NCBI RefSeq assembly: GCF_003918875.1
Contig: NW_025766002.1
Coordinates: forward strand, 496,001-560,000
From: Haliotis rubra
Lineage: Eukaryota
DNA: 64,000 nucleotides
Direction: 5' to 3'
The notes beneath the pieces were generated by a model, which was not told the origin of the DNA, ran no database searches, and worked only from the letters and a program-made list of their open reading frames with translations. Below are positions 52,001 to 64,000 of the stretch, one piece after another. Both the position numbers and the translations under genes were made by a program. Numbering within the stretch: position 1 is the first letter of the stretch; each line of letters opens with the position of its first letter.

Positions 52001-53169
52001 GATCCAGACATGTCGGCGTGTTACCCAATGAAAACTCGTCATTGATTCCAGCCATGTCGGCCAGAAATAGTGTCATTACGTCGTTACACGGGATTTCCTT
52101 CTTGCACACGACACCATTGCGAATAAATTATAGACTGGGTTTACGACGACCCGAAAACTATGGTCCCACTTTACAACAGAGGCTGTGCATTCGAGCAACG
52201 TTATCAATTGAGTCGACAGAGTAGAGCAGAGAAGAGCTGAGCTGCCCCGGGGCATGGTCGCAAACACAAAGGCCCAAGATATTACGGGTTAGGTGTTCGG
52301 GATGGACAAACAGAAGTGATCTCACTTTTTCTTTATTTGAACTATGTCAATGTTATCACGACAGGTAGTTACCATGGGCATAGTCATTAATTATGTAAGA
52401 TGATACGTCTTTAAGATAAGTTGGGAAGGCAATCTCTTTTGTCTCGATATCCTCTTGTGCTCTCGTACAATGCAGCCAGGGCTAATATTTTATTCGAAAG
52501 GAGACTTTTAAAGGGTTACTTTGCTGACCTAATTAAATTCTATTTTAGGAGCACTTCGCGGCGTATTGTCTGATGGGGTTCCAAGTCGAGAGCTGCGTGT
52601 TCCTTAAAAATATATATGCCGCTCAGTATCTCAGTGGTTTGAGTAGCATATTAGGTGACGTAACATAGGCAACTCAATCATTTTAAAAAATGACATTTTT
52701 ATTAATTGTGTAACCTCTTTACAAGTTTAAATCATTTTCTACTGGTCTTTGAATTAATTTATCACGTAGGTCGAGACTCTTTGTTTCAGAAACGAATTTT
52801 TAATTAACCTAGCTGAGGAAAGATCAAGGTGACCTAGGTTTTCTGCAACGTTCTTCCCGTGGGTTTTTTCTTTCACCTCAAATAGTCTACATAGTGTATT
52901 CGTGTTTGTTTAACGCCGCACTCAGCAATATTCCGGCCAAATGGCAGCGGTCTGTAAATAACCAGACATTCTATAGTAATCAACAGCCTGAACGTCGATC
53001 ATAGGAACTGCATGGGATATGATGACATGTTTCAACCAAGCTATAGCGAGCCTGACCACCCGGTCTCGATGGTAACCTCTTACGACAAGCATGCATGGGT
53101 TGCTGAAGACCAATTCAGCCCGTATCTTCACGGGTTATCTCCATATAGTGAAACTGAAGCGAATTAGGA

Positions 53170-53966
53170 AATAGGTATAGGAGTGGTCACTCCTCGAAAA
53201 GCCCCTTAGCGTATGCCTCGCCTCGTCACGTGACCACAGTGTAGCCAATATGGCGGCAGCGTAGTTTTTAAATAGAGCCCGGTTTATTTTCAACAGCTGA
53301 TAACATTCGCTGTGTGTTGTGAAAACTAAAAACCTACATGTAGAAGATAAGTTACCTATTCTGTCACTTCATTGTAAGTCAAATAATTGTTATTAGTGAC
53401 AGTATTAGTACAGTTGATTTGTAGTAAAGTTTCAAGTCATGTTGTAGCTCACTGGCTTCAATTCTCAGTACACAGCGAAGAAAGACTAAATTCTATCGCT
53501 AAAAACTTCTTTCACATATTCGTTTAATTTTTAGAAGGGAAATATACCTTTAGTTGAAAGGTGTTTGCAAGTAACAGTGATAGTTTTATACCTAAAAAAA
53601 TTGTAAGGGTGTATTTGAGGTGTGTGAAAAATATGACCTATCGCCGATCTGCCATTGAAATACTACAGGGCGTTGTTTGAGTGTTTCTAGTTATTGCTCG
53701 AAAACATCTTTCACATACACCTTTAATTTTTATGAGGGGAATATACCATCAGGTGAAAGGTGGTTGCAAGTAATAGTGATAGTTTTATAATTTTAAAAAA
53801 ATTGTTAGGGTGTATTTGAGGTGTGTGAAAAATATGACATATCGCCGATCTGTTCTGATCTGCCATTGATGCTTGTGACGAATCAAGTCACTGTGTGCGT
53901 TGGAGCATGACGAGGCACACGCTAATAAGTACAAATGGTAAAGAAAGCAAGCGAGTGACCTATCCC
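53170..53966. mobile_element. Non-autonomous DNA-transposon-like element with internal ~185-bp duplication
   Basis: Inverted ttagcgtatgcctcg / cgaggcacacgctaa near the ends; direct repeat about 53500-53655 vs 53705-53870. Confidence 0.45.
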
Positions 53967-54184
53967 TGTTGTAGATTATCCCTGCTAATACCTTCTGATT
54001 ACTGCCATCCTAACGAAAGAGGCATCATTAACACCTAAAGACTGAAGTAATAACATGTTCCACTCTAGTCATCTCGTAGGAAAGTTCTAATTTTAGAAGT
54101 ATTTTGTGTGGAGAAAATAACAAATTTGGTATTAGGTTTTCAAACTGACCATTGATAGAAGACAATGTATTGCAGCATACGGCG

Positions 54185-55790
54185 TTATGTAACTATTGCG
54201 GGGTGGGATGTAACTATTGCGGGGTGGGATGTAACAGTGCCAGCGTGGGTGATGTAACTATTGCGGGGTGGGATGTAACAGTGCCAGCGTGGGTGATGTA
54301 ACTATTGCGGGGTGGGATGTAACAGTGCCAGCGTGGGTGATGTAACTATTGCGGGGTGGGATGTAACAGTGGGTGGGATGTAACAGTGCCAGCGTGGGTG
54401 ATGTAACTATTGCGGGGTGGGATGTAACTATTGCGGGGTGGGATGTAACAGTGCCAGCGTGGGTGATGTAACTATTGCGGGGTGGGATGTAACAGTGCCA
54501 GCGTGGGTGATGTAACTATTGCGGGGTGGGATGTAACAGTGCCAGCGTGGGTGATGTAACTATTGCAGCGTGGGTGATGGGTGGGATGTAACAGTGCCAG
54601 CGTGGGTGATGTAACTATTGCGGGGTGGGATGTAACAGTGTCAGCGTGGGTGATGTAACTATTGCGGGGTGGGATGTAACAGTGTCAGCGTGGGTGATGT
54701 AACTATTGCGGGGTGGGATGTAACAGTGCCAGCGTGGGTGATGTAACTATTGCGGGGTGGGATGTAACAGTGCCAGCTTTGGTGATGTAACTATTGCGGG
54801 GTGGGATGTAACAGTGCCAGCGTGGATAAAGTAACAATTACGGGGTGGCATGTAACAGTATCAGCGTGGGTGATGTAACTATTAAGAGATGGGATGTAAC
54901 AGTGTCAGCGTGGATAAAGTAACAATTACGGGATGGGATGTAACATTGTCAGCGTGGGTGATGTAACTATTGCGGGGTGGGATGTAACATTGTCAGCGTG
55001 GGTGATGTAACTATTGCGGGGTGGGATGTAACATTGTCAGCGTGGGTGATGTAACTATTAAGAGATGGGATGTAACAGTGTCAGCGTGGATAATGTAACA
55101 ATTGCCGGGTGTGATATACCGTTGTCAGTGTGGCTGAAGTAACTATTACTTGATGGGATATATAACAGTGTGGTTGAAGTAACTATTACGGGATTCGATG
55201 TAACAGTATCAGCGTGGTTGAAGTAACTATTACGGGATGGGATATATAACAGTATCAGCGTGGTTGAAGTAACTATTACGGGATGGGATATATAACAGTA
55301 TCAGCGTGGTTGAAGTAACTATTGCGGGATGGGATATATAACAGTAACAGTGTGGTTGAAGTAACTATTGCGGGATGGGATGTAACAGTGAGTGAGTGAG
55401 TTAAGTTTTACGCCGCACTCAGCAATAATCCAGCTATATGGCGGCGGTCTGTAAATAATCGAGTCTGGACCAAACAATCCAGTGATGAACAGCATGAGCA
55501 TCCATCTGCGCAATTGGGAACCGATGACATGTGTCAACCAAGTCAGCGAGCCTGACCACCCGATCCCGTTAGTCGACAAGCATTGGTTGCTGAAGATCAA
55601 TATTCTAACCCGGACCTTCACGGGATGGGATGTAACAGTGTCAGCGTGGATAATGTAACAATTGAGGTATGTGATATAACAGTATCAGTGTGGCTGAAGT
55701 AACTATTACTTGATGGGATGTGACGGTGTCAGCGTGGATAAAGTAACAATTGAGGTATGTGATATAACATTGTCAGCGTGGATGAGTAAC
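54185..55790. repeat. ~43-bp dimeric minisatellite (two gatgtaac-containing subunits), diverging rightwards
   Basis: Unit gatgtaactattgcggggtgg-gatgtaacagtgccagcgtgggt; remnants also near 56890-56950. Confidence 0.93.
55388..55624 (-). mobile_element. SINE-like family B inserted in a minisatellite
   Basis: Flanked by a duplicated gggatgggatgtaacagtg. Confidence 0.87.
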
Positions 55791-55846
55791 TATGTATAGT
55801 AGTAAAATGTTCCGCCTTTAAACATTTTATAAAGTGCATTTGTAAA

Positions 55847-56597
55847 TCATCCTCCGCCGCGCGTTTAGCGCGAAGCGGGGGTTTAAAGTATTAGGCACCG
55901 TCGGTCCGTGGGTACGAATTGGCATATCTTCAGAACCGTTCACTAGATTCTTTTCATATTTGCTACCTAGGTTCATCACAGTATGCAAAAGGCCCCAGTC
56001 ACGTTTGGTGACCTTGACCTTCATTTCAAGGTCACAATGGGACTTTATCGTTTTACCCGTTTCAGCAAGATATCTCAAGAACCAATGACTAAATTCTCTC
56101 CATATTGGACACCAAGCTTCATCGAGGGAAGACGCAGGGCCCAGTTCATTTCGGTGACCATCACATACTTTTCAAGGTCACGGCTACACTTTGAAGATTT
56201 CAGCACGTAAACCTGCATGTTAGGCTTGTCAGCAAGGTATCTCAAGAACCAATCACTGGATTCTCTTCTTATTTGACACCAAGCTTCATCTAGGGAAGGC
56301 GCAGGGCCCAGTCGATTTTAGTGATCTTCACGTTTTTCAAGGTCACAGCGACACTTTGAAGATTTTAGCATGTTAACCTGCATGTTAAGCTTGTCAGCGA
56401 GACATCTCACAAACGATTCACTGTATTTCTTCATATTTGACACAAAGCATCGTCGTGGGAAGGTGCAGGTTAACTGGTAATGCCTTTGTTGACATTTTAC
56501 TTCATCTTAAAGTACAACCGTCACTTTCCTTACTTTTTAAGTTTGATTTCATAATTTGCGGCGGGGGATTATGTCACCTTAGTGACAATGCTTGTTC
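55847..56597 (+). mobile_element. Helentron/HINE-like non-autonomous element
   Basis: Sub-terminal inverted tcctccgccgc / gcggcggggga, 3' hairpin tgtcac-ctta-gtgaca, internal ~170-bp repeats. Confidence 0.6.
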
Positions 56598-56654
56598 TTT
56601 TTGTACAACATCGGAATTTATTATATAGAACAATTTATCTTCATGAAAAGGTTA

Positions 56655-56880
56655 AATCTAATGTCTATATAAAAAAAGTACATTTGATCAAAAAGTGAAA
56701 TCCATCTTCAATAAAATATGTACAAGCATTTTTACAATATTTCCATAGCCTTTCTTCAAGTGGTATAGAAAGCTTGGTATATCTACCCGTTTCAACATAA
56801 AATGGTAACATTCCACTCCTAAACGTAGCTAAAATACGTCGATGGTCTCGAAAGATAACATTTTTTACATAAAATTGCAC
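56655..56880 (-). mobile_element. Non-LTR retrotransposon 3' fragment
   Basis: FRSGMLPFYVETGRY..IPLEERL..C..IEDGFHFLIKC. Confidence 0.7.
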
Positions 56881-57854
56881 AGCGTTGTGTGATGTAACAG
56901 TGTCAGCGTGGACCAAGTAACTATTACAGGGTGTGATGTGAGCGTGGATAAATCTTTCTTTTCTTGCACAGTTGGCTCACTGACGTTACGCAATAAAAGT
57001 ATTATGGGAGCATTTAGGGTCACAGCTTGACCGACCCGTCCTTTGTGAAGCTACCCTGCCATCTGGCATTTAAGGATCGCCCTAAGCGAATCCCTGCTTC
57101 GAATTCGTGTCAGTGGGATTCGGTTGATTGTGTGACAACTCAAATCGAACAATTAGGAAGGCCTAGTTTTGAGATAATGGCTAATTAATCAAACTCACTG
57201 GAATGTCATCTTGTAAGTTCAACTTATCCAATTACCTACTGTGTAAGAACTGGCACGTATGACAATTGGTCTAAACAACTTGATTTGTAAACCGTTGTGT
57301 TACCAATTAGCTTGTATATTTGCTAATCCATGTCATTGTTGATTGGGGCTTCGATCTCTAAGATTGCAGTTACTATTAGCTGTTAATAATAAAATTGTGA
57401 CGTTTCGTTTTCTTGTATATTCCCTGTTGTTGCGTTATACGACATCCAAAGTCTGGTGTACCCCGCCGTGATACTGCTGAAATATTGCTTAAACCGGCGT
57501 TTTACTCACTCACTCACTTTCTCACTCAGTTGTACGACATCCGGATGATCATTGATAATCCCGAGGTAACTGCTATTGATATGAATATATGCATATGTTT
57601 ATGCATTTAAAAATATATATATATTACATTTTTTTAATTTGTTAAATATTTTTTTAATTTTTTAAATATTTTTTTATGGTATATACTTATGTGTGTGTGT
57701 AAACTTTTAGCATATATACAAGTCTCTCGTAACTCTTATAGAGTGGCTCATATACTAGTATTCCTTATACTGCTATATTTTTCCAATTGTACGTGTACTT
57801 TTACTGTATATATGAGGTGAGACTCAAATAAACTATCTGTCTGTCTGTCTGTCT

Positions 57855-59460
57855 ATGAACGATGACTTACAGCGCATTGCTGAATGGGCAGAAAATGGCA
57901 AGTATCTTTTAATCCCAATAAGACAGTCAATATGCTTTACTCGTAAATTGCAACCAACTCCAATGCCGAACGGTAATGTCATTCATTCCGTACAAAGCCA
58001 TAAACATTTAGGTGTTATACTTCAGCATGATTGCTCATCGATTGAACACATTAACGACTGTGCTAAAAAAGTTGCACCTATGATGAATTGTCTTAGAAGA
58101 AAAACCGAAAAACATTAGAAACCATGCACAAACAGTTAATATTAAAAGTTTTTGATTATTGCAGATTATTACTAAACAGCAAGCAGATATACTTGAAAAC
58201 CTCAATCTAGATGCCCTAAGAACCGTGTGAGGTGCTGTTCGTGGTACCAGCCATCATAAAATATACAAAGAAACTAATTGTCACCCGTTGTGTCGTAGAA
58301 GGTACCTTCATAAAATGACTGTTTTACAAAATGGTCAATAACAATACGACAAGTTATCTTAGTAACCTTGTACCGCCTAGAGCATGAGATGCCGTTGGTT
58401 ATAAACTGCGCGATGATTCAAATCTTCAGACTATAAACTGTAAAACTGTAAATTATGCGGGGTCCTTTCTTCCACATGCTGTCAAACTATGGAATTCATT
58501 ACCAGCCGAACATAGTGAATCGCCGTGCCCATCGATATTCAAAAATGTAAGTTTAAGCGATTCTAATATCTACAGTAATTTTGACTTTCGGTAGCAGATT
58601 TTGTCAAATCATACAATCTCGTCTCCGACTTGAATGTAGTAACTTTACAAATATGAAAGATTTACATCTCCAACATCATCTTGCTCTTGTGGCCATAACT
58701 ATAAAGACTCTGTTCATTATTTCTTCTCATGTATTCTTTACAGCGATATACGTCAAATTATGTATTTTTATACTAAAGGGTTTGACCTAAAATCAATTTT
58801 GTTTGGAAACTAAAACTGTTCCTCAATATTAAAACAATGAACATTTAATTTCAGTGCACTCGTTTATATATTTAAGAGGCAGATTTGAACCAAAATAATT
58901 TGTTTATATGACGTATGCTGTTTAACCATGATTGGTGATATTTCAACAATTATATATCATTCACATAGTACATTGATCATGACATGTGTACTCTTCCTTC
59001 CATTGTATCCTGGGCCCCGTTCCTCAAAGCGATCGTAGCGCTACGACTGTCGTATGTCTATGTTAAAGTATGGGAGTTACGATCATCATAGCGCTACGAC
59101 TGTCGTATGTCTATGTTAAAGTATGGGAGTTACGATCATCATAGCGCTACGACTGTCGTATGTCTATGTTAAAGTATGGGAGTTACGATCATCTTAGCGC
59201 TACGACTGTCGTATGTCTATGTTAAAGTATGGGAGTTACGTTCATCTTAGCGCTACGACTGTCGTATGTCTATGTTAAAGTATGGGAGTTACGATCATCT
59301 TAGCGCTACGACTGTCGTATGTCTATGTTAAAGTATGGGAGTTACGATCATCTTAGCGCTACGATCGCTTTGAGGAACGGGGCCCGGGAGCGGTATTCAT
59401 ATAAGCTTATGCTTGTTTACCAATTCGGTTCCTTTCATTGGAAATAGATATGTTTATTTA
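57855..59460 (+). mobile_element. CR1-like LINE 3' portion with MITE inserted in its 3' UTR
   Basis: NDDLQRIAEWA..HKHLGVIL..FCQIIQSRLRLECS; 3' UTR resumes at ggagcggtattcatataagc after the MITE. Confidence 0.8.
59012..59385. mobile_element. MITE with six internal 53-bp tandem units
   Basis: TIR gggccccgttcctcaaagcgatcgtagcgct; units start at 59037, 59090, 59143, 59196, 59249, 59302. Confidence 0.85.
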
Positions 59461-59973
59461 AATCATATCAGTGACTGGCCATGGACCACCCAGTCTTGCC
59501 CAGACAATCCAGTGATTGAATAATTTGGAGCATCGACCTAAGCAATAGTAACGTGCATTAACATTTCATTTAGTCTGATATCTGATCCCGTTAGTCGACT
59601 CCCGCGACAAGCACGACGTCAAGTTACAGCCCTTTAACCATCGAGGCCTAAACAAACAAACAAACAAAACACCCCCCCAGAAAACATTGAGGTCTCTATT
59701 CTTTCATCACGTGCAGGGAATACCAGGATATTTTTCCAACCCAAATTGGATAATCAGTGATGCACAGCAAGATATTGTTCACTGTGCTTTCAATCTCGAG
59801 TTACTTGATCAGATAGAGAACGAAAACTGTCTTGTTTTGTCATTTATTTGAAAGCTATCTGCAATGTTCAACACACATGTTATTATTGATATATTAAACT
59901 TTACACCATCACATGTACATATCCCACACGGCAATATATGACGCATAATGTAAGTGTTAACTATCACAATCAG

Positions 59974-60528
59974 CTACCAAACACCAGCATCACTTAGCTC
60001 CTGTATATAGTTCAGAATAATGTTGGCCTTCACGACATTCACTCCCAACGCATAATGTGTCCCATCAAAGCTTCGCACGCCATCCGTCATGTTAAATGTC
60101 TTTAAAACAGGTACCTCATACTCATTCAGAAACTTCTCCATATCTCGATTGTATCGAAGAACGTGTGGTTTTGATTGGGTGTCTGAACGTTTCATAATTC
60201 CTGGAGCATTCATATCAACAAATAATACCTTTGGCCATAGGATGCCAATCTTTCGTAGCCTATCCAGAGTTGGCTTTAGGTATTGCATCTTAACTTTAGT
60301 CGAGTTATAATCTTCATGAATACCTATACCAACTACGAACAAGGTCCTCCGGTCAGCTAAGCCTTCAGTGACGTCATTGATCAGTTCTGTCCAGCGTCTA
60401 CTGACATAGTGTTTCTTCCAGCTGAGTTTCACCCTGCCTCTACATATATTTATTTGGCTTTGCATCCAGTCGTCTCCTGCAGTTTTGTTCTTCGAACATG
60501 TTCATCCCAGAGCATTTAGATTTCCACA
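59974..60528 (-). CDS. SGNH/PC-esterase-like protein exon 2 (apparent frameshift near 60450, or alternative acceptor at 60476)
   Basis: ttttcag acceptor; VVGIGIHE and SFDGTHY (DxxH) motifs; reading frame breaks at AAATAAAT 60448-60455. Confidence 0.7.
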
Positions 60529-60581
60529 CTGAAAATAGTAAAGAGGTCATTTAAAACATCTTTCTAATTCTCATTTAGAAT

Positions 60582-60818
60582 TGGTTGGTTGTTAAACGCC
60601 GCACTCAACAATATTCCAGCTATACGGCGGCGGTTGGTAAATAATCGAGTCTGGACCAGACAATCCTGTGATCAACAGCATGAGCACCGATCTACGCATC
60701 TGAGATACGATAACATGTGTAAACCAAGTCAGCGAGTTTGACCACCCGGTCCCGTTAGTCGACTCTTAAGACATGCATGGGTTGCTGAAGACCAAATCTA
60801 ACCCGGATCTTCCCGGGT
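60582..60818 (-). mobile_element. SINE-like family B in the SGNH gene intron
   Basis: Full copy. Confidence 0.85.
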
Positions 60819-61126
60819 CTGTAATTTAGAAGAACAGTAAAGACAAGTCCGGGGAATTCGGAGGAAAATAAGCTAAAAACGTAACTGTAGCGGGTGGCGA
60901 AAAGGTGAATAAGATTTGCATTTTAAAAATGAGAGTACTTTCGCAGTTGCGACCCTTGGGGATGGTCATGGGAAATATCTAGAAGTAGTTGTGGAAAAGC
61001 GATCCAAAAATGGACTGGAAGGGTAAATATGTTCAGTACATATTTACAAGCCTCTGTCCCACCTAATCCTACACACACACACACACACACGCTAATATAT
61101 TGCCACCCCTATGGGATAATACGTAC

Positions 61127-61814
61127 TTTTGGATTCGGTTGGTTTAACACTGCCATCTTTGAAGTTGCCTCGAACAGTCATCAGGAAGGCTGTGTAAATG
61201 TGCCGCACGAGGGAATCCCCAAGGAAACTGATGGTTCCGCCGTCCAACAAATGGCAGGTCTGTCTGGCACTGTAGTGTTGTGGTCGACATCGAGGATCGG
61301 ATGGTGTCCACGTGGAATATTCTGCATGAATCTGCTGTCGAATATCCCAACAATTTTTACACCGACATTGGGCTTCAGTCTTTTCAACACACTTAAAGTT
61401 GTAGCAGCATGGGGTCGGTCCTGTGGGACTGCAAATCGCTCGAAGGAAAGTCGTCACGTTTGTATAGCCTACGTTGCCACATCGATTGTCAGGTCTCTGG
61501 AGGGATTTCGGTACTCCTTTGTGATTCAAGGCCATGTGATAAAACCATTCTGATTGTTTCGCTTGAGCCTTGGTAAGCTTTCTTGTCCTCCAACGACCTT
61601 GGGTCATGTTTTGAAGAACGCTTGGACATCTGGATTCATAACTGTCAACCCTTGTAGGAGAAGGGGGATGGAATGCTGTATTTTGGGAGTCCAGTGTTAT
61701 CTCCAAGTTTCTGATGGGTTTGAAATGGGAGCTTATATATCCCATTACAAACAATGTTAAGCCAAATGCTGTGACTAGCATGACACGGAATGAAGAAGTG
61801 CGACGTTTGACCAT
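61127..61814 (-). CDS. Type II membrane Cys-rich / SGNH (PC-esterase-like) protein exon 1
   Basis: MVKRR + hydrophobic VMLVTAFGLTLFVMGYI anchor; Cys-rich RCG..CSPTGPTPCC..C..CRC..C; FLGDSLVRH motif; A|gtacgt donor. Confidence 0.8.
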
Positions 61815-63094
61815 GTTTGCAGTTCCAAGAGCTTTCCCAGGAATACAGACTGTCCACCATACGGCACATCTATTTATACCCCAACTAACAGGATAATCTC
61901 CCAATTAGCTATCACCTTGAAAGTACTGCTACAAGTGTCGTTAATTAATTTGCAACGTAAGCCCCATTGTTTCCAAAGCTTGCTAAATTAATTTGGGGGC
62001 TAAGAGCGATGCATTATGTCGGCCTCCCTTTAAGGAGAGGTGTAAGTAGCTGTGAAAACATCACTAGAAACACAAACTAATCTCTGCGTTATTAAAGTGC
62101 CAAAAGAGAAATCGCTCTGTCACCCGTCTTATTGTTCTTATTTACTGTCAACAAAATACCTGAAACAAATATTACTTCAGACAGACCTGAAAAGGGATTA
62201 CAGTCGACTAGACAATTAGTGCTAAAATCCGGCGACAACAGCATGCACCATCAAACTCTGTCAACTAACCTGCCAAGTGCGAGGAATAATAGCTGCTTCC
62301 GTACGTGTTCATGAATATCTATGTTTAATATATAATATCCCTTGAGATGATTTAAGTAAGTTTCATGTCTTTTGTTAAAATGTGATTACACAATGCCATT
62401 TTGTTAAAATGGATCAAAAGACTAGTATCCATCCTGTTTTGTGTGACAAGGTGTTGCAGAGAAAAATACATGAACTATCAATAGTACTTTAACAATGATA
62501 TCACATACCGTGAAACAACTTTGTCATCTCAAAAATTATTATTGAGTGTTTGGAGAGATATTTCATTCTTAACTAAACATTCCGAATTAGGAAGATGGCT
62601 TGTGAAGTGTGCCACTGGTAGGGCAGGATACGCTTGTTTTTTGTTATGTTGTAGGGGAAAAATGTACTCTCATTACACGCTATTCAACTTTACACGACTC
62701 AGCAGGAGTAAAGACACTTCCGTGTTCAAGAGAGAAGTAGTGCGTACGAAACACTAATGACGTGGTCACATAAGCTCCGCCCACTCATGTTTATTTATGT
62801 TTACTGTGCACTAAAGACAATTGTAGGTTTTAGGGCACCACACACGATCACGTTTTGGAGATCATGAGTAATCATCATCTGTGATTTCTTAACACATGCT
62901 CATGATATAGTCGAACAATCGACTCTGATTAGCCGTGTATTATATTTATATTTTGGGGATCCTTGATATGTTTTTGTGTGTAATGTCTTCGGACATGATT
63001 GAGCGGGGTGGTAGTCTATATGTAAAAGCGTTCACTCGTCACGCCGAAAAGAGCCCCAAACCACATAACCTGACTTCTTTTTAACAAAATGGTT

Positions 63095-64000
63095 TAAACA
63101 TATTTATTCATTTAATCATGACGGGATTGGCAAACAAGCATAAAACATGCTTATATAAATGCCGCTCCCTAACAATGATACAGTAGTAATAATAATAATG
63201 ATAGATAGTGACGTACACATGAAATGAGTGCCAACATAATGGAGATCTACAGGACAGTACTGACGATATGATGTGTTACAATTTACAAAAGAATCAAAGA
63301 AGGCAAATAAACTCACTTTAAAATTTAGTAGCTGAGTCCAGATATCGGCAAGGCACGGCGTGTACAATAGAACTGGATTAGGTCAATTGCGGGAATCTCT
63401 GGAAAGATATGATATAGTTACGTACAGATATAATAGTTCCAGATTTACCTGTTCTGATGAGCCCGAATGACCATATAAGATTGATGACAAATTAAATCCT
63501 CTACTAAAGAAGTATGCGTTTGGTCTTATGTCGTTAAATGTGGGACAGATGAGGAAGAAACGATGCGCATCTTCGGTGTGATGCCCGCAGTTACATTCAG
63601 GACTATTTGATATATGTCTGGTAAACTTATCTCCATTTAGATCGCTACACCCAAGCCGAAATAGGGAGTGGACTATCTGGCAAAATTTTGAACCATAGGA
63701 AAGATTAAAGTAGATTTCACTGGTGTTGTGTTCTGATTTTGAGTACAAACTAGTATTGCATTTAATATTTTGTAAGTTAGAATTATTGCCCAAGGCGCCG
63801 TACTGTCCATCGTGCCATTTACCATACAAGGTGAACGTCTTTTGATATTACCTGCATCCACCTTTATTTTCATAGACATCTCGGATTTGGAAGGGTAAAA
63901 CTGATAAAATCCAAAGTAATATCATGCAATTACCGCCTAAATATGGTGGTACCAGTGTTCCTGGTGTAAAAAAAAAGTTATTGCAGCACAAAAACTCAGT
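63095..64000 (-). mobile_element. CR1-like LINE 3' portion, related to 57855-59460
   Basis: FCQIVHSLFRLGCSDLNGDKF..CNCGHHTEDAHRFFLICP; similar 3' UTR (ggagcggcatttatataagc). Confidence 0.8.

Noticed and set aside
54185-55790. Shared GATGTAAC core between this array and the 39-bp array at 4182-6163
   Set aside because: Only 8-9 bp in common and the rest is unrelated; chance cannot be excluded

Overview
Eukaryotic (metazoan) genomic DNA, AT-rich and dense in SINEs. The (GAGT)n-tailed SINEs suggest a gastropod such as abalone, but that is inference. Most entries in the ORF track are artefacts of tandem repeats and SINEs; the real genes are multi-exon and were assembled by hand from GT-AG boundaries and exon phases. 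(1) Minus strand 22284->20, running off the left edge: a DDX43-like DEAD-box helicase, 19 exons and 568 codons visible, carrying TWO tandem KH domains from an internal exon-block duplication. (2) Plus strand 24596->32319: MRGBP/Eaf7, 4 exons, 259 aa, head-to-head with DDX43. (3) Minus strand 49011->45727: a 4-exon, 178-aa RGG + KH + CCHC zinc-knuckle gene whose KH shares sequence and intron positions with the DDX43 KH domains but has no helicase. This is the most novel-looking item. (4) Minus strand 61814->59974: a type II membrane protein with a Cys-rich module and a GDS...DxxH SGNH/PC-esterase-like domain, with an apparent frameshift in exon 2. The remainder consists of four SINE families, Tc1 relics, L2/CR1/other LINE fragments, MITEs, a near-perfect 88-bp-arm hairpin and several minisatellites. 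Some of these repeats interact directly with DDX43 splice signals.
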